Shown here piece by piece: positions 14,701 through 27,100 of a DNA stretch of 64,000 nt (position 1 is the stretch's first letter; each line of letters begins with the position of its first letter). The stretch is from Tubulanus polymorphus (lineage: Eukaryota; Animalia; Nemertea). Where the stretch lies: contig NC_134034.1 of NCBI RefSeq assembly GCF_964204645.1, positions 3,117,814 through 3,181,813 of the forward strand, read 5' to 3'. Below the pieces are notes generated by a model. It worked only from the letters and a program-made list of their open reading frames with translations, did no database searches and was not told the origin of the DNA. Both the position numbers and the translations under genes were made by a program.

Positions 14701-17299
14701 TCGATACCTAGTTCGATGAAAGACCGCGTAATCGACGAGTCGTCCAAATGTCGTCTGTCGGGCGTCATCATGTGACGCGACGCCGGCGACGAGTTCACGT
14801 CCCAGATTATAATCGAATTATCGGCTTTATGTTTCTCTAAAACTTCCGCCAACTGAAAAAACCGAGAAAAAATGACGTCCGAAATTTTGGTATGAAAATC
14901 TGCTTTGGGACCATTCATTTATTACGTAAGCATAAAATTTGACTTTTTCAATCCCCCGTCCCCCTCTGTACGCAAAATCGGCCATTTTTTTATAGGCCTA
15001 TACAATAAGCATTACAGTACGCAATTGCACTGACCCCTCCCCTCTCCCCTAATGCGTACGTAATAAATAAATGATCCCTTTTTACACGAAATCACGCAAT
15101 CGGAGCATACATTTCGAACTTACCAAGTTAGTGTCGATAGGATTCCAGGATAGGGCGTGGCACGGGCGCTGGTGCCTGGGCACTGAAATCAAAAACAAAA
15201 TTTCTAAAAACCGGGCTCACAGTGGTAAGGCCAATGCTAAAGTATACACTTTTCTTATCATAAATGTAAGTAATCCTTATGTATGTTTGTAAGGCAACAC
15301 TTTAGACGGCAGCCCTGGTCCTAATCCACAACATAAATCATCGAAGCCCAAAATATTTAGGCATTAATATTGGCACAAATGCGTAATTGTCCAAGAAACT
15401 CATTTCGGATACTGAAAGTCAAAAGTTAAAGAGTACTTTGTAAGCACTTTTGCATAACAATTTTTGTGTAAGTGATCAAGCACTTTTTAGGGGCCTTAAT
15501 GAATCTTTTAAAAGTTAACACTTTTAAAGCACTTTTCGAATTTTTGCGAAAGAGGGAATTTGGTACCTAGGGTCAAATCAACTCATAGGGTTAGTGAACT
15601 TGATCCCATCTATGTAAAAGACAAGAAGCTGTTCGAACGCAAAGAGGTCTCTCTCTCTGTACTTACCGAATTCTTTTCCGATCAAATCGTCCGGGTCGGA
15701 ATTTCCGGTTCCTTTTCCGAAACTAAAATTCAAACGTTCAAAGACGATTAAATCGCATCTAGCTTGAAGTTCGAACGACGCACAATCGTTTTTCACGGTT
15801 TTATCAAATTCCTCGCGTTTTCCGGGAGAAAAATCGGTTCGCAAAGTTTTCCCTAATTTCCTGAATCGTGGTCGGCCGCTGCATTAAGGTCATTCCTAGC
15901 GTATATCATACCGGACATTATAGTTTTCTTTCCTATTTTACGACGGAAACAACTGTTTTTAAATACAGTTGGAGCTACCATAATCAGAACGGTCGCTTTA
16001 CGCCCGTTTACAAATTCCCTAATTTTGCCATTGTTAAAACACGAAAATTCCCCGATTGAATATGTTAAATCTTGTGTTTTAAAATGTAACAATCAATTCA
16101 CTTTTCGTGAATCGCGTATTGATAGAAACTTGTGGGGTCTATAGCATATTAGAATTCCCTGAGCTTTCCGGAAAGTTTTGCAAAATTTTGGGTTTTTCAC
16201 CGGTTTTTTCCCTAAATTTTTCCGATTCCCGAGTTTTCGAAGGTTCACCGGGTCAGTGCGGCCGCCCGAGGGGGGGGGGATGACAGATAGCAAACAAACC
16301 TGGTTAACACGACTCTTCCGTTAGCCTGTCCGACCGCGATAAGATGATCGGGATTTCTCCGCGGACACCACGATATACACTACAAAAAAATACGATAAAC
16401 GGCGATTACTTATCATCGAGGAGACCCCCGCCTACCGTGCTGCCCCCTAGTGATACAAATAAGCAACGACGAGTATACACAACAATTTACAATACACGGG
16501 ACATGTTTGAGAAGCCATACAGTATGTGCTGCCCCCTAGTGATGAGAATTCGAACGCTTACTTTCATGTATTGATGATTGGTGTTGCTGGATAGTAGACT
16601 GGCGTGAACACCATCGGCGATACGCATTCCTGCATATAACAGAGAGAAGAGACGGTTAAAATCATTCACTGGGAACATCCGAGAGAGGGAGGTGGGCAGG
16701 AGTGGATCCGGGGTGCTAGAGCAACCCCTTCGGGAAAATATCGTTTGTAAAGCGCATCGTATTCAGTTTTTTTAACGAGCCTTTGGATCTACCCATAGAG
16801 GATTAACTATTGCAGAAAATTTTTTTTCGGAAAATTTCACCCCAGTGTGTCGGGCATGTACCGCTTGCATCTACACCGCGGTGCGGTGTATCATTAATTA
16901 CTAATATTTCATTACCATGTTCGACAGGTGTGCCATCTTTCAATGAAGATAAAAACTAATTACTAATTACATCAATACACCGCAGCGCGGTGTACTAGCA
17001 ATAATCAATCACCGATTTATACACCGCACTGAAAGGGATAAGTTTTCACGAATGCACAACTGTCCGTAGATGTTAAACTAATGTCACGGTGCCCGGGGGT
17101 GGGGGGGTTGGGTCGTCAAATGAATATAATGAACAATGAACCCGGTTCAGACATGAAACAACTACTCACCTTGACCTTTCGCCGAACTGGTTTTCGTTCG
17201 TTCGACCTTGTACAAACTCAAGTCGGTGCCGAACGTGACGAATTTATCCTCGTGATTCGGAGACCAGACGATGTCCACTTTCGCCGAGCTGATCGCCAT
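3584..17299 (-). CDS. MIOS: GATOR2 complex protein MIOS (WD40 propeller, solenoid, C-terminal ZnF/RING), 21 coding exons, 873 aa
   Basis: Exons 17299-17170, 16629-16562, 16379-16300, 15722-15667, 15182-15124, 14852-14708, 14353-14255, 13640-13504, 12884-12755, 12278-12234, 10873-10755, 9745-9608, 9437-9323, 8725-8512, 7563-7454, 6533-6361, 5803-5526, 5272-5231, 4972-4804, 4344-4139 and 3692-3584 splice in frame (2622 nt). Motifs: [78 protein letters not shown]. Confidence 0.97.
4462..4743. mobile_element. piggyBac-like MITE, diverged copy
   Basis: Same family as 2109-2389; TTAA at both ends. Confidence 0.75.
6559..6853. mobile_element. piggyBac-like MITE
   Basis: TTAA target site, CCTTTTCAGTGC / GCACTGAAAGGG TIRs. 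Confidence 0.85.
7741..7918. mobile_element. pogo/Tigger-like MITE
   Basis: TACAGTGGAACCTCGTTATAAC...GTAACGAGGTCCCACTTTA; same family as 1024-1311. Confidence 0.75.
8156..8451. mobile_element. piggyBac-like MITE
   Basis: TTAA-CCCTTTCAG...CTGAAAGGG-TTAA. Confidence 0.85.
8970..9290. repeat. ~60-bp tandem repeat, about 5 copies
   Basis: Unit TTCAAGTCAGATCTTTTGACTTGAGAGTGATATCTGAATTGGACGATACAGAAGACTCTG. Confidence 0.85.
10264..10558. mobile_element. piggyBac-like MITE, opposite orientation
   Basis: TTAA ends; internal sequence is the reverse complement of 8156-8451. Confidence 0.85.
11500..11790 (+). mobile_element. 3' end of a LINE/SINE
   Basis: GGGGACTTG...CAAGTCTCCC stem-loop followed by AATAAA and an (ATT)n tail. 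Confidence 0.5.
13005..13370. repeat. ~39-bp tandem repeat
   Basis: About 9 copies of CATCTCATTGTCTCTCACTAGGTGGCGCT-like units. Confidence 0.85.
13796..14154. mobile_element. piggyBac-like MITE, diverged (partial copy also at ~16850-17040)
   Basis: CCCTTTAGTGC...GCACTAAAAGGGTTAA. Confidence 0.7.
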
Positions 17300-17819
17300 G
17301 TTGAACACCCCGAATCAGACTAGAAAAGAAAAACATACAAGGGTTCTCCATATGAATTTTGAAAGGGCTGCATTCATTGTTAAGCTTAGACATCGCGGCC
17401 GACCCCTAAAAATACCAAAACTTAGGCCTAAGCTTTTTTTGGTGTAATCTCCTTTTTTTCACATAAAACCAATATTTTCAAAGCAATCAACAGCACCGAG
17501 ACAGAATGTTGACTCTGGAAGGGGTAGCGTATATTTCATAGGGCCAAGGGGGTGGCTGATTTTCAGCACAGAGGTGGATGTTAAAATTAAAGGGGTGGCC
17601 GCTGCGTGGGAACACTGCACACACAGGCCCTTAGCGGTCTTACTGCAGTTTGGGTCACCTATCCACTGGGTGGCGCTAGTGTTATTAAAGAATAGCGTTA
17701 TGGTAAGGTTAGGTACATAACCATTAGGGACACCTAAACTGTAGTCATACCCAAAATTATTATAATAGGGACTAGGCCCAGGGTGTCAAAATTTGGTAAT
17801 TTATGTAGAAAAATAAAAA

Positions 17820-18360
17820 CAACTTATGACGTCACGAGTCAAAGTGAATTTGTTGGAAAAGAGTTAAACGGTACGGTACGTCTGGTGGATTGCGCGCGGG
17901 CGAGGTGAGGCCACCACGGTACCAGACAGACACTACCACCACCGCAAGTCCGCAGTACCGGCCGGTGTCACACGACGCGAGACGGGACGCAGTCAACATT
18001 TTTTCCTCCTCATTCCATAAATTCAGCAGACAAGTTTACGAAACTTACCCTAACACCCTGTTATAACACAACGAATCGATTGTCACTACTTATTTAAGGA
18101 TATACCGAGTTGTTTGCTCTGATTCGGAGATTTATTGCTGTAATTTTGACATTTGGGTACCGACGGCGGCCATTGAGAATATGCGTACAACACGGATTCG
18201 GACTAAATAAGCGGATCGGCGGCGTAGGTCCGAAAACAGTACGAAACGCCGGCGCCGCAGTAGTTTTCCCAGAGTCACCCGTGCGACCCAACGAAAACAG
18301 CACAATAAATCTGGACTCGAACCAATATTGATTTAGTAGAGCTTCCGTTATGTGGTTGTA
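17820..18360 (-). promoter_or_regulatory. Probable MIOS promoter and non-coding first exon
   Basis: Acceptor TTTTTCTTTTCTAG lies 20 nt upstream of the ATG (17320-17321). Minus-strand GTAAGT donor at ~18043-18048. CpG-rich stretch with a TGACGTCA (CRE-like) site at ~17827. Confidence 0.5.
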
Positions 18361-18796
18361 AACTTTAGGAACTTAAAAAGCGATTCGTTAGTTATGGGTA
18401 AATTTCATGTTTCCAGTTAAATTAGGGGGTTCTCGTGCCGGCGATGGACGAGTAAGTTTGCATTATTCGAAAGTTTTGTGACCAAGAATAAGAAAAATAA
18501 TCCTCCCACTCTGATCACCACTTAGATATAAATACCTTTCGGAACTTAGATGTATTAAAAATCCAACTTTAAATTTGGCTAAATTCATCAAAATAGGTCT
18601 AGATGTATATAAATCCCCCCGGTAGTACATGTATTGTAAATATATGTATTGTAAATAGTAAGAAGTATATTATGTACATAAGTGTGAGACCAGTTAATTA
18701 AGTTTTGTAGCTTTTATTACCGTTTATGTAATTATTGTAAATACTGTTTATTCCTCCATACACCATGGAAATGGTTGGAGTGTAATAAATATTCGT

Positions 18797-19410
18797 ATTC
18801 GGTGCAAATTCTGTTCGAAAAGTTACTCGCAGAAGGCTTCACTGAATCAGCATGTGAAAAAAAACTGATCGGTTTGAAAAAGTTTCGGAAACAGCAAAAG
18901 AGGGGAATACCGCCTCCGAGAAGGTCAATAGTGATTCAAAGATTGAATCAGATTCCGACACTGAGGAGGGAACAGCAGGCGCGGATCCAGGACGTTATTT
19001 TAGGGGTAGCACAAAATCAAAAGGGCAGGCAATATTTTAAAAGGGCACTATCCCCTTCAGATGAAATTTCCAAGCAGTTGGAATTCTTTCCTCAAAATAA
19101 AAACATAGTAATAATTTTCGGGGGCACTTAGAAAATCTAGAGGGTAGCGCGTGCCGCGTGTGCTACCCCCTAGATCCGCGCCTGAACAGAATCTGACGGA
19201 GACTTTGAGGGAGAAGAAAGGAAATACGATAAGAAAGATGAAATACGACAACAACGCGATACGTTCTGGTAAAATATGGATTTTTATTGAACATGAATGA
19301 ATAATAAGAAAGATGAAATACGACAACACTACGCGATACGTTCTGGTAAAATATGGATTTTTATTGAACATGTGAATAATAATCAATTGATGAAAGATTG
19401 CCACCAGGCA
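18797..19410 (+). pseudogene. Truncated paralog of the 3' end of the C2H2 gene at 51451-53438
   Basis: 18797-18880 encodes RCKFCSKSYSQKASLNQHVK (compare FRCKFCSKCYSHKASLNQHVK). 18950-19410 matches 53282-53470 (AAGATGAAATACGACAA...AAAATATGGATTTTT). Contains frameshifts, an internal duplication and a MITE insertion. Confidence 0.85.
18976..19184. mobile_element. MITE with CAGGCGCGGATC TIRs and 5-bp TSD AACAG (second copy ~21960-22408)
   Basis: AACAG-CAGGCGCGGATCC...GATCCGCGCCTG-AACAG. The empty site (GGAACAGAATC) is visible in the paralog at ~53301. Confidence 0.85.
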
Positions 19411-19840
19411 GCAGCAGCTTCATTACCAATGACAGATGTAGATCATTCTGTGAGGAGTTGATCAAAAGTTTGCTACAAGCGGTGCAGAAATAGCTTATGG
19501 ACAATATGGGTTACGGCAACGCAAGCGAGATTCGACCATTATCCGCCAGGTGACGCTAGTGTACAGTACGACACTGGATTTCAAACTCAATGAGGACTCG
19601 GTGCCACCAGCTATCCCTCTAGATGGCGTGCGTATCGGTGCACAATCTAGCTCATTTTCGATGAACTTTCATCTAGATTTCTAGCCTCCCTCAGCAGAAA
19701 TTAAGACAAATCACTCCTCTTGATAAACTCAGATGATCTTTAGGTTCGGTGAACTTTTACTGAAATCACCATTCAAAGAATTCGAGAAATTATGGATGGA
19801 TTTTAATTGAAACTGAGAAGAAATCCTGGTATCGTTGTTG

Positions 19841-19935
19841 ATTACGATTACGATTACGATTTTATTTACACTCCAACCATTTCCATGGTATATGGAGGAA
19901 AACTATTACACATGTATATACAAATATTTACAAAA
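19841..19935 (-). mobile_element. Dispersed retroelement 3' tail with hexamer microsatellite (copies at ~10215-10660, ~18630-18795, ~36262-36380)
   Basis: Shared CTCCA..CCATGGAAATGGTTGGAG stem-loop followed by (ATCGTA)n. Confidence 0.6.
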
Positions 19936-20482
19936 CAACACTGAAGTGATTAAAATATAGAGTTTGAATGACTATATACACTAGCGAACCTGGTGGATCC
20001 TTCATTGCCACAAGTGGAATCCTCGATTGCCACAGTCGATCGTAGCGTCTTCTAGAATCCAAAAAATCATTTCTCAAATTCTGCCGCATAGGCCTATGAA
20101 CTCTTAAACAGATTAATCTAGATGCGTGATTTGCCTAATCGTTGGATCGAAAGACCGAAAACTGAGATCTAAGTTTGAAAATGAACTAATTTTGATCGAG
20201 TTCGTCCGATATCTCAGTGGCGCCATCTGACGGGATAGCTTGTGTGCCGGTATTAATTTGCATTTTCCAACAGTACACTCTAAATCTACTTCACTTTTGA
20301 CCATTTTAGATGAAAACAAGGTTATCGTGATATTTTGACCATTTGTGACCTATTTGATGAGCTCCGCCCTCGGCACGGGCCTGTTTAACCCAGTTCTAAT
20401 GTAAGAGCTGTGGTGAAGATATTAATTTCGCCGGAAACATTGGGATTCGAACCTACCGGCAAAAAAAGGTGTAACGCGATTA

Positions 20483-21598
20483 TTATATCGCCGTGTTTCG
20501 TTTAAATCGGTCTCGTATAAGTTTCAGAGCCGTCTTCCTGAACGTGTCATTTACAATACAGTACAAGAAAAAATTAGACGTCGAATTCAACGGCGGAAAA
20601 AAAGCCCAGAAAATCGGATCGACATAGACGTGCCATTCGCGCGGTAAATCAGGAAGACCCTTGAAACGAGCGCGCACGTAACGATGTAACGTGGATATTG
20701 AGCCGGGCGACTCGAATATCAGAAAAATGAAAACAACTGATATCGCCATTTTAGTAGCCTTAATATCGATATTTCTGTTCTTATCCTCGGCTCCGTGTGC
20801 GATTAAATCCTCTTTACGTTTCGCCTGGATTTGTCGCAGTTTTATTATCAAAACAATATTGAAAATAACTAACAACGCAGTCGGTAGATACTCCTTAAAA
20901 GTTGGCCCGTAAACGGCGAAAAGTGACGAAGAAATATGCTTCAATAACTTCGAATCTCTTTTCTGGAGTTTCATTTGCTGACGGTTTGTGCAGACATCCA
21001 AAAAATATATGATTTTAATAGTTGCGAAATAAGGGCTATAAAGCAGTGCGAACATTACGAAACCTATAGCGGTCAAGACTTTGATTCGAAATTTTGTAAT
21101 ATTTCGTTTAGCGAAAAAAGGAAATAAAATCGATATAGTTCGTTGTACGACGACGCCGACGGTTATCCAGTTGCGTGTCAATTGTGACGCATAACGTGGC
21201 AAATGCGCTAAGACGTAAATCCAAGGCATATAATAAGGATGCGTACTTGCAAATATGAATTCCCCTTGTATCAGCAACGCTAGTAAATAGCGCACTGGGC
21301 TTTGTATTCCACCCCATAGTAAGAACATCAAGTCCCAAAAAGCCAAACAGCGTAACAGATAAAACGAAATGTGAGTTGCACTCTGTTTTTTTAGTGCGCT
21401 GATAACCAAAATGTTCAACAATATGCCGACTATCATGATCGAGAAGCCTCCAAAAAGAACTAGCTTTATCCCGAAAGTTGAGGCGGATAATCTAACGCCA
21501 CAATCATCGCGGTAATAAATTGAGCCAGAGACGGATGGCTCGGCTGGAGAATAGACTCTAACAACCTGCGTGTCGGAATCCGTTAAGTTTCCATCCAT
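20483..21598 (-). CDS. Intronless class A peptide-type GPCR (FMRFamide/sex-peptide-receptor-like), 371 aa
   Basis: Seven hydrophobic segments; GILLN (TM1), LAFWD (TM2), VQRTISILFPF, FLIFESP (TM6), LNSTSNFFLYC (TM7). Confidence 0.88.
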   Translation of the reverse strand: MDGNLTDSDTQVVRVYSPAEPSVSGSIYYRDDCGVRLSASTFGIKLVLFGGFSIMIVGILLNILVISALKKQSATHISFYLLRCLAFWDLMFLLWGGIQSPVRYLLALLIQGEFIFASTHPYYMPWIYVLAHLPRYASQLTRNWITVGVVVQRTISILFPFFAKRNITKFRIKVLTAIGFVMFALLYSPYFATIKIIYFLDVCTNRQQMKLQKRDSKLLKHISSSLFAVYGPTFKEYLPTALLVIFNIVLIIKLRQIQAKRKEDLIAHGAEDKNRNIDIKATKMAISVVFIFLIFESPGSISTLHRYVRARFKGLPDLPREWHVYVDPIFWAFFPPLNSTSNFFLYCIVNDTFRKTALKLIRDRFKRNTAI

Positions 21599-22764
21599 TA
21601 TTGGAGCGGATGATGCGCCGCAGTCTCCAGTCTACTCAATGCGAGGGGGTGTCTAGTGTCGACCTAACCCTAATTAGCGCTCATGTCGATATCAGTATCA
21701 CAATACGCGTCACAGTTATTCTACAGTCCGAGAGTTCATATTTCTTACAGCGGAAACATACTATGAAATTTAAGAGCGAATTTATGCCGCTAATTGTTGG
21801 TGCACAGGTATGCACAGGAGTGCAGTATATATAGAAAATATATATATACTGCATTAAAAAAAAAATATATGTATATATACTGCATTCCTGTACATCAGGA
21901 TATTATCAGCCATCATTAGAACTAATAACTTTAGTCGATGACGTAAAGCTACGTCGACACAGGCGCGGATCCGGGATTTTTTCCAGGAGGGGGTTCATAA
22001 AAATGTTAATGTTAAACTGCCGATTAAAATCTCTAATAATAGGGGGCTATATAGCATTTTATTTTGCTAAACATAAGATGATATGCTTCCGATTATGTAG
22101 TACTGTCTGGTTATGTAGTACTGTGGCGGACTAGGCTTAACCGAGTCCGTATCCCTTGTTTAGTTTAGTCCGTATCCATATTTTTATGTAAACCTGTAAG
22201 ACCGGAAGCGGTCTCTTACAATCGTGTGGCAGAATAAAGAAGCCTATTGTTCGTGTTCATTGATGGAAATCGGTCCACAAAAAGAGACATCCCATCCACA
22301 TTCGTGAATTGAAGTGACCAAAGAGATTCGTTACAGTACTGTCTGTTTTGGTAGCTGAGCGAGGGTGGGGCGTCACGACTCCTGAAACCCCTTCTGGATC
22401 CGCGCCTACACGACAACCACGTCTACACTACAACCACGTCTACACTACGTGCGCGTTCACACTAGGTGCGCGTTAAACTCTGGTTTCAATGTACCCGTCT
22501 ACACTAGAAAAAATGCAGTTTTACGCGAACGCGGGTTCAAGGCAGAGTTTTCCGCGAAACCCGAATTTTAGAAACCCTTCTTGAAAAAGAAGGGTGCACT
22601 CCGCATTGAACCCGCGTTCTCATTTATTTCATCTAGCGGTGAGGAACAGCGTAAATATTTTAATCTGCACTTCCGACAACTTAAATTCTTCCACCAGTAT
22701 CGTTCTTAACTACATGTAGCTTAATTTACTAAACTCAGTTTGCCATTTTGTTTGCTGGTTTGCC

Positions 22765-23121
22765 TAAAATTTTCCATCCTCCCTCTGCAGGGACTCGAAC
22801 CTGATGGCATCGCTACACTCAGCCACGGCACGAACCCCTGCATCAGTAGACCGGGTGCGCAGGTACATGCGCAGCTTCCCGAACGAAAACTGGCGGCACC
22901 AATCAGATTGCTCGTTGTATAATCGTTGAGGCAAATTTCAAGGAAGAACTATAAATGGGAAAACCCGGGATAAAATAAAACGGGATTTTTGATTGGCTAA
23001 AAATCACATCATCTGAACTGCGCATGTATCTGCGCACACGGTCGATTAAGGCAGGGTTTCGTGCCGTGGCAATCTCGATGCCATCAGGTTCGAATCCCTG
23101 CCGGGGGAGGATGAAAATTTT
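22765..23121. mobile_element. Fold-back repeat with outward-facing B-box-like ends (partial copy 37777-38049)
   Basis: Imperfect inverted arms of ~110 bp, each ending GGTTCGARTCCCTGC...GGAGGATG..AAAATTTT. Confidence 0.65.
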
Positions 23122-24153
23122 CAACAAAGTCTTTAGGCGTTACATATTATGCGATGACTCATGTAGATGTAGTGTTTCTGCGATTTTTATTACCACCAGT
23201 TCCATATTTTTGTGGGCTAAGATCGCCACATTAAATGGTCCAGGTTCTGAGTAAAATAACCAAGACCGCCGGAGAGGTGGACAACGACCATATTATGTTT
23301 GGTGACTAAGTAAACTCTGATTTATTTCTCTACTCAATACAGCATAAGTACATGCGGGGCTTACATAGGCGGGGTTACATGAACTGAGGGGAGTACGTTA
23401 CTGGTAACTGACAGACACGTAACAATTCCCGACATTTTTTCTTTTTTCTTCATCTGTAATTACTGTTGATAATGCCTTATTTCATTGCATGTTTATTTCC
23501 TATTACGTATATACTTGATTTTCTTTATCATAAATTTGTGATTGACCTTGTCATTTATTTTGTTGGTTAATTTCGTTTTATCTATTTACTAATTTTATTG
23601 ATTGATTGTCCCTAATAAACCCACCACACCTACCGGGAGCGAAACAGGGGGTTTGATTTTGAAATCGGAAATCGTATATACTTGTTTTTACTGCACATGA
23701 GTCAGCTACGAAAGGTGTTTTTATGTGTATGCTGCTTAAAGTTTGAATTTTGAATTGTTTATTTAAGTAAACCCGGAAAATACATACCGCAGCCGCTGCA
23801 TTCTCCTGGGTGAAGAAGTAAAGTTGTAAATCAACGTATGATCATCTGAGAATCTTTAGGAATGCTTTCATCGGCATGCTAATGGGTCAATACATGTATC
23901 TAGAAACGGGCCCTGATTGTTACGGCCCTCTTTGGCAGTGGTTGAAATTCGCCTATAGAGTTACGAGACGCAAAAATAACAAACGCTAGGAGCGTTCAAC
24001 CTATTCCTACTAAGCGGTTGACAGACTATATACGCCAAGTAGCTATGTGCTCTACTCACGTGACCGATGCCATATAGGCTATAAGCCTAAACATGTTCTA
24101 GGCCTTGGTGAAATGGTATTGGATAAACAAACAACACAGCAAGCTCATGATCT

Positions 24154-27100
24154 TTAATGGTATCGGCGTTTAGTTTTTACTCGTATCGACTTCATATCAA
24201 TAGTCAGTATGGTGTAAAGAAGAGGGTTGAGGGACGAGTTGATCGGCAAGAAAAGAACCGCCAGCCAAGCCGCCACCTGATTCGGTATCTCGACCCGAAG
24301 CACCGCGCAAAACTGCACGATGATCAACGGCAGCCAGCAAAATAAATTACAAAGATTTATCACCAAACTCCTGCGTGCTAAAATCAGTTCGGTAGGATCA
24401 GCTCTGCCCGAACCGGACCTGCTTCCAGATACAAGTTTGTACATCTGCGCATACATAACCATTATCGTAGCGAGTATTGCAGAGTTGAACACGGCGAAAA
24501 TAGCGAATGAATATTGCCAGGCTTTCACGTCAATCGAAATCAAATGCATAGGTAAGCAAACCCCAGTAGTACCATAGTAATTGTTACCGAAATAGAATAA
24601 TTGTGACAGCGGCATTACAGAAATTGTAACTATTGATAACCAACACACGCAACAAAGAACATATACACATCTCGGAGATGTGGTTGAGCTTCCAGAAAAT
24701 GGATTAACAATTTTTGATAATCTATGACGAGTAAGAATAAGGAGAAACGTCAACGAGCCTTCACATGATAGAGTCACCATGACACCACCGAAATGACAAA
24801 CATAACTATTCATCCAACGTTCAGAATTAAAATAATAAACTCCTTGATAAACGTAATCGGCTCCCGCGATCAAAAATAAATAAACCGACATCAAGAAATC
24901 ACAAGCTGCGATATTGATAATAAGGATGTCGGAAGATACGTTGCGCTTTTCAGAGGACGATAGTTGAATTGATCGAAAACGAAATAGAATAACAATACTG
25001 TTTGCAAAGAAGCTAAATGAAGCGATAACCCAGATGATAGCTCTGAGGACCGTGTTACCCATCAGGTCAGAACAGGAGGAAAATGGATCTGCTTCAGGGA
25101 AACACTGGTCAACATTCGGAGCCATGCAGCAAAATTTGTAGGCATCTGATACAATAAATGCCAATGATGTCAAATTATCAAAAACACTTTTTTCTGCATT
25201 GATTGTTGCAGAATTGTTTGCTATGTCAAGGTTTTTAAGAGCATTCAACCCAAAAAAGGCATACATTGAAATATACACGATTGTGTTGCCGCTGATATTT
25301 AAAGACTGTAGTGATGATAAACCTTTGAAAACGTATTCAGCCAAAACGGACAGAGAAAGTCCATGAAGATCAAGACCTCGAAGCGACGTCAAACCTTGAA
25401 AACTGCCTTCTTCCAAATATCTCAGTGGATTTCCAGCTAAGAATAATTCATTCAAACTATACAAACCGGTAAATGTGCTTGCGGATATTGATGTTATGTT
25501 GTTGTATGTCAGGTCTAATGTATGTAGATTATGCAATTTTGAAAACGTTTTAGGTAAAATGTAAGACAATTTATTAGAGGAAATGTTGAGAAAGCGTAGA
25601 TAAACGAATGAACGAAATGTCGACGTGTCGATGGTAATTCGGTTACCGGACATAATTAAAACTCGGGTTGTTGCCGAGAAAAGGCGTGTAATATTTCTTA
25701 AATCGGAATCTCCACAATCAATCCGATGCCCTTGACATTTGCAACCTCTAGGGCATGTAACGTTACAGAAAGCCTCGTCATCGGTGGTACTTATGCAATG
25801 CACAACGCCATCACATACTTCAAATTGTGGAATACATCGATTTTCGTGGCCGCACCTAAACATTCCTGGACATGAAAATGACTCGCAGTCTTGTTCATCT
25901 TCTGAATTAGGACAATCTGATTGACCATCGCACACCTGTCTGATCGGTATACAATACGATGCTGGACATTTTACAGTACCAATTGGACACTCAAATTCTT
26001 CACATCTCAATATATGCTCGACGTTTCTACAAACTGAGTGACCATTTCTCTTTCTTTCAAGAATACATCTTTTACGTCTCGAATAACAATGGGGAGAACT
26101 GAAAGAACACCTTTGTTCATCAGATTCCGTACAGAGATTTGTGAAGTTTGTCGCACATTGGTTCTTATCATTGCAATGAACCATAGGATCTACTGTTACA
26201 TTAGAAGTTATTACTAACTCATCCTCCTCGAGGCTTCCACTGCAATCCACGACACCATCCTGATACAACTGAGAACTGATACAGTCTCCACTATTACACA
26301 GAAATCCCTGACACAGGTGTGCAGTGCATCCCATTTCATCCGAACCGTCGTTACAATCAACTACTGCATCACATCTGTTAGACCTACCGACACATTGACC
26401 ACTTTTGCAGCGAAATTGTGCGGACAAACACGGCGGATGAAAACACGAGCTCTCATCGGTACCATCCACGCAATCTTGTGCGAAATCACAGAATCCACTT
26501 ATGGATACAACCTGACCATCATTGCAGTGGAACTGACTGTGTAAATTTCTTTGCGTACAATTTAGTTCATCTTCCCCGTGTTGACAGTCGTGTCTGGTAT
26601 CACATACCCGATGGTCGCTGATACATCTTTGATCGTTACATTTAAACTGCCACGATTTACAACCGCTTATAGAAGCTAAATCCTCATCAGTTGCATTGTA
26701 GGAACACAAAACAGAATGCGCAGTATCTGTTTGAATTTTCCAGGGTACCAGTTCCCAATAAACCGATTGATTATACGTATATTCATCCCTGGTAACAAAT
26801 GGTTTTATGGCCCTCCATTGATTCCCAGAATCCTTAGTTAAAATAGCCCCATATTGGTGCTGAAAACGTAATCTGTCGATCAATTCGTAAACGTGTAAAT
26901 CCTGTATAATACCTATTTCACCACTGATGCCATGACACATTTCTTTTGCGTTGAAAATATCGAGAATCTGATGTTCGTTCCAGTTTGTCAATATTTGATA
27001 ACAACGTCGAAATACACCTAGCCAACCGAGTGGACATGCCGAGTCGTTATTCTCACGTGATAATTTGTCTCTTATTTGAAATTTACTACTTGTCTTCGAA

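Noticed and set aside
18444-18457. ATGGACGA/GTAAGT as first coding exon of the ZNF gene at 51451
   Set aside because: A phase-2 splice enters the wrong reading frame and would require a 33-kb intron.
23047-23102. tRNA gene
   Set aside because: No proper D-arm or A-box; part of a palindromic dispersed repeat.
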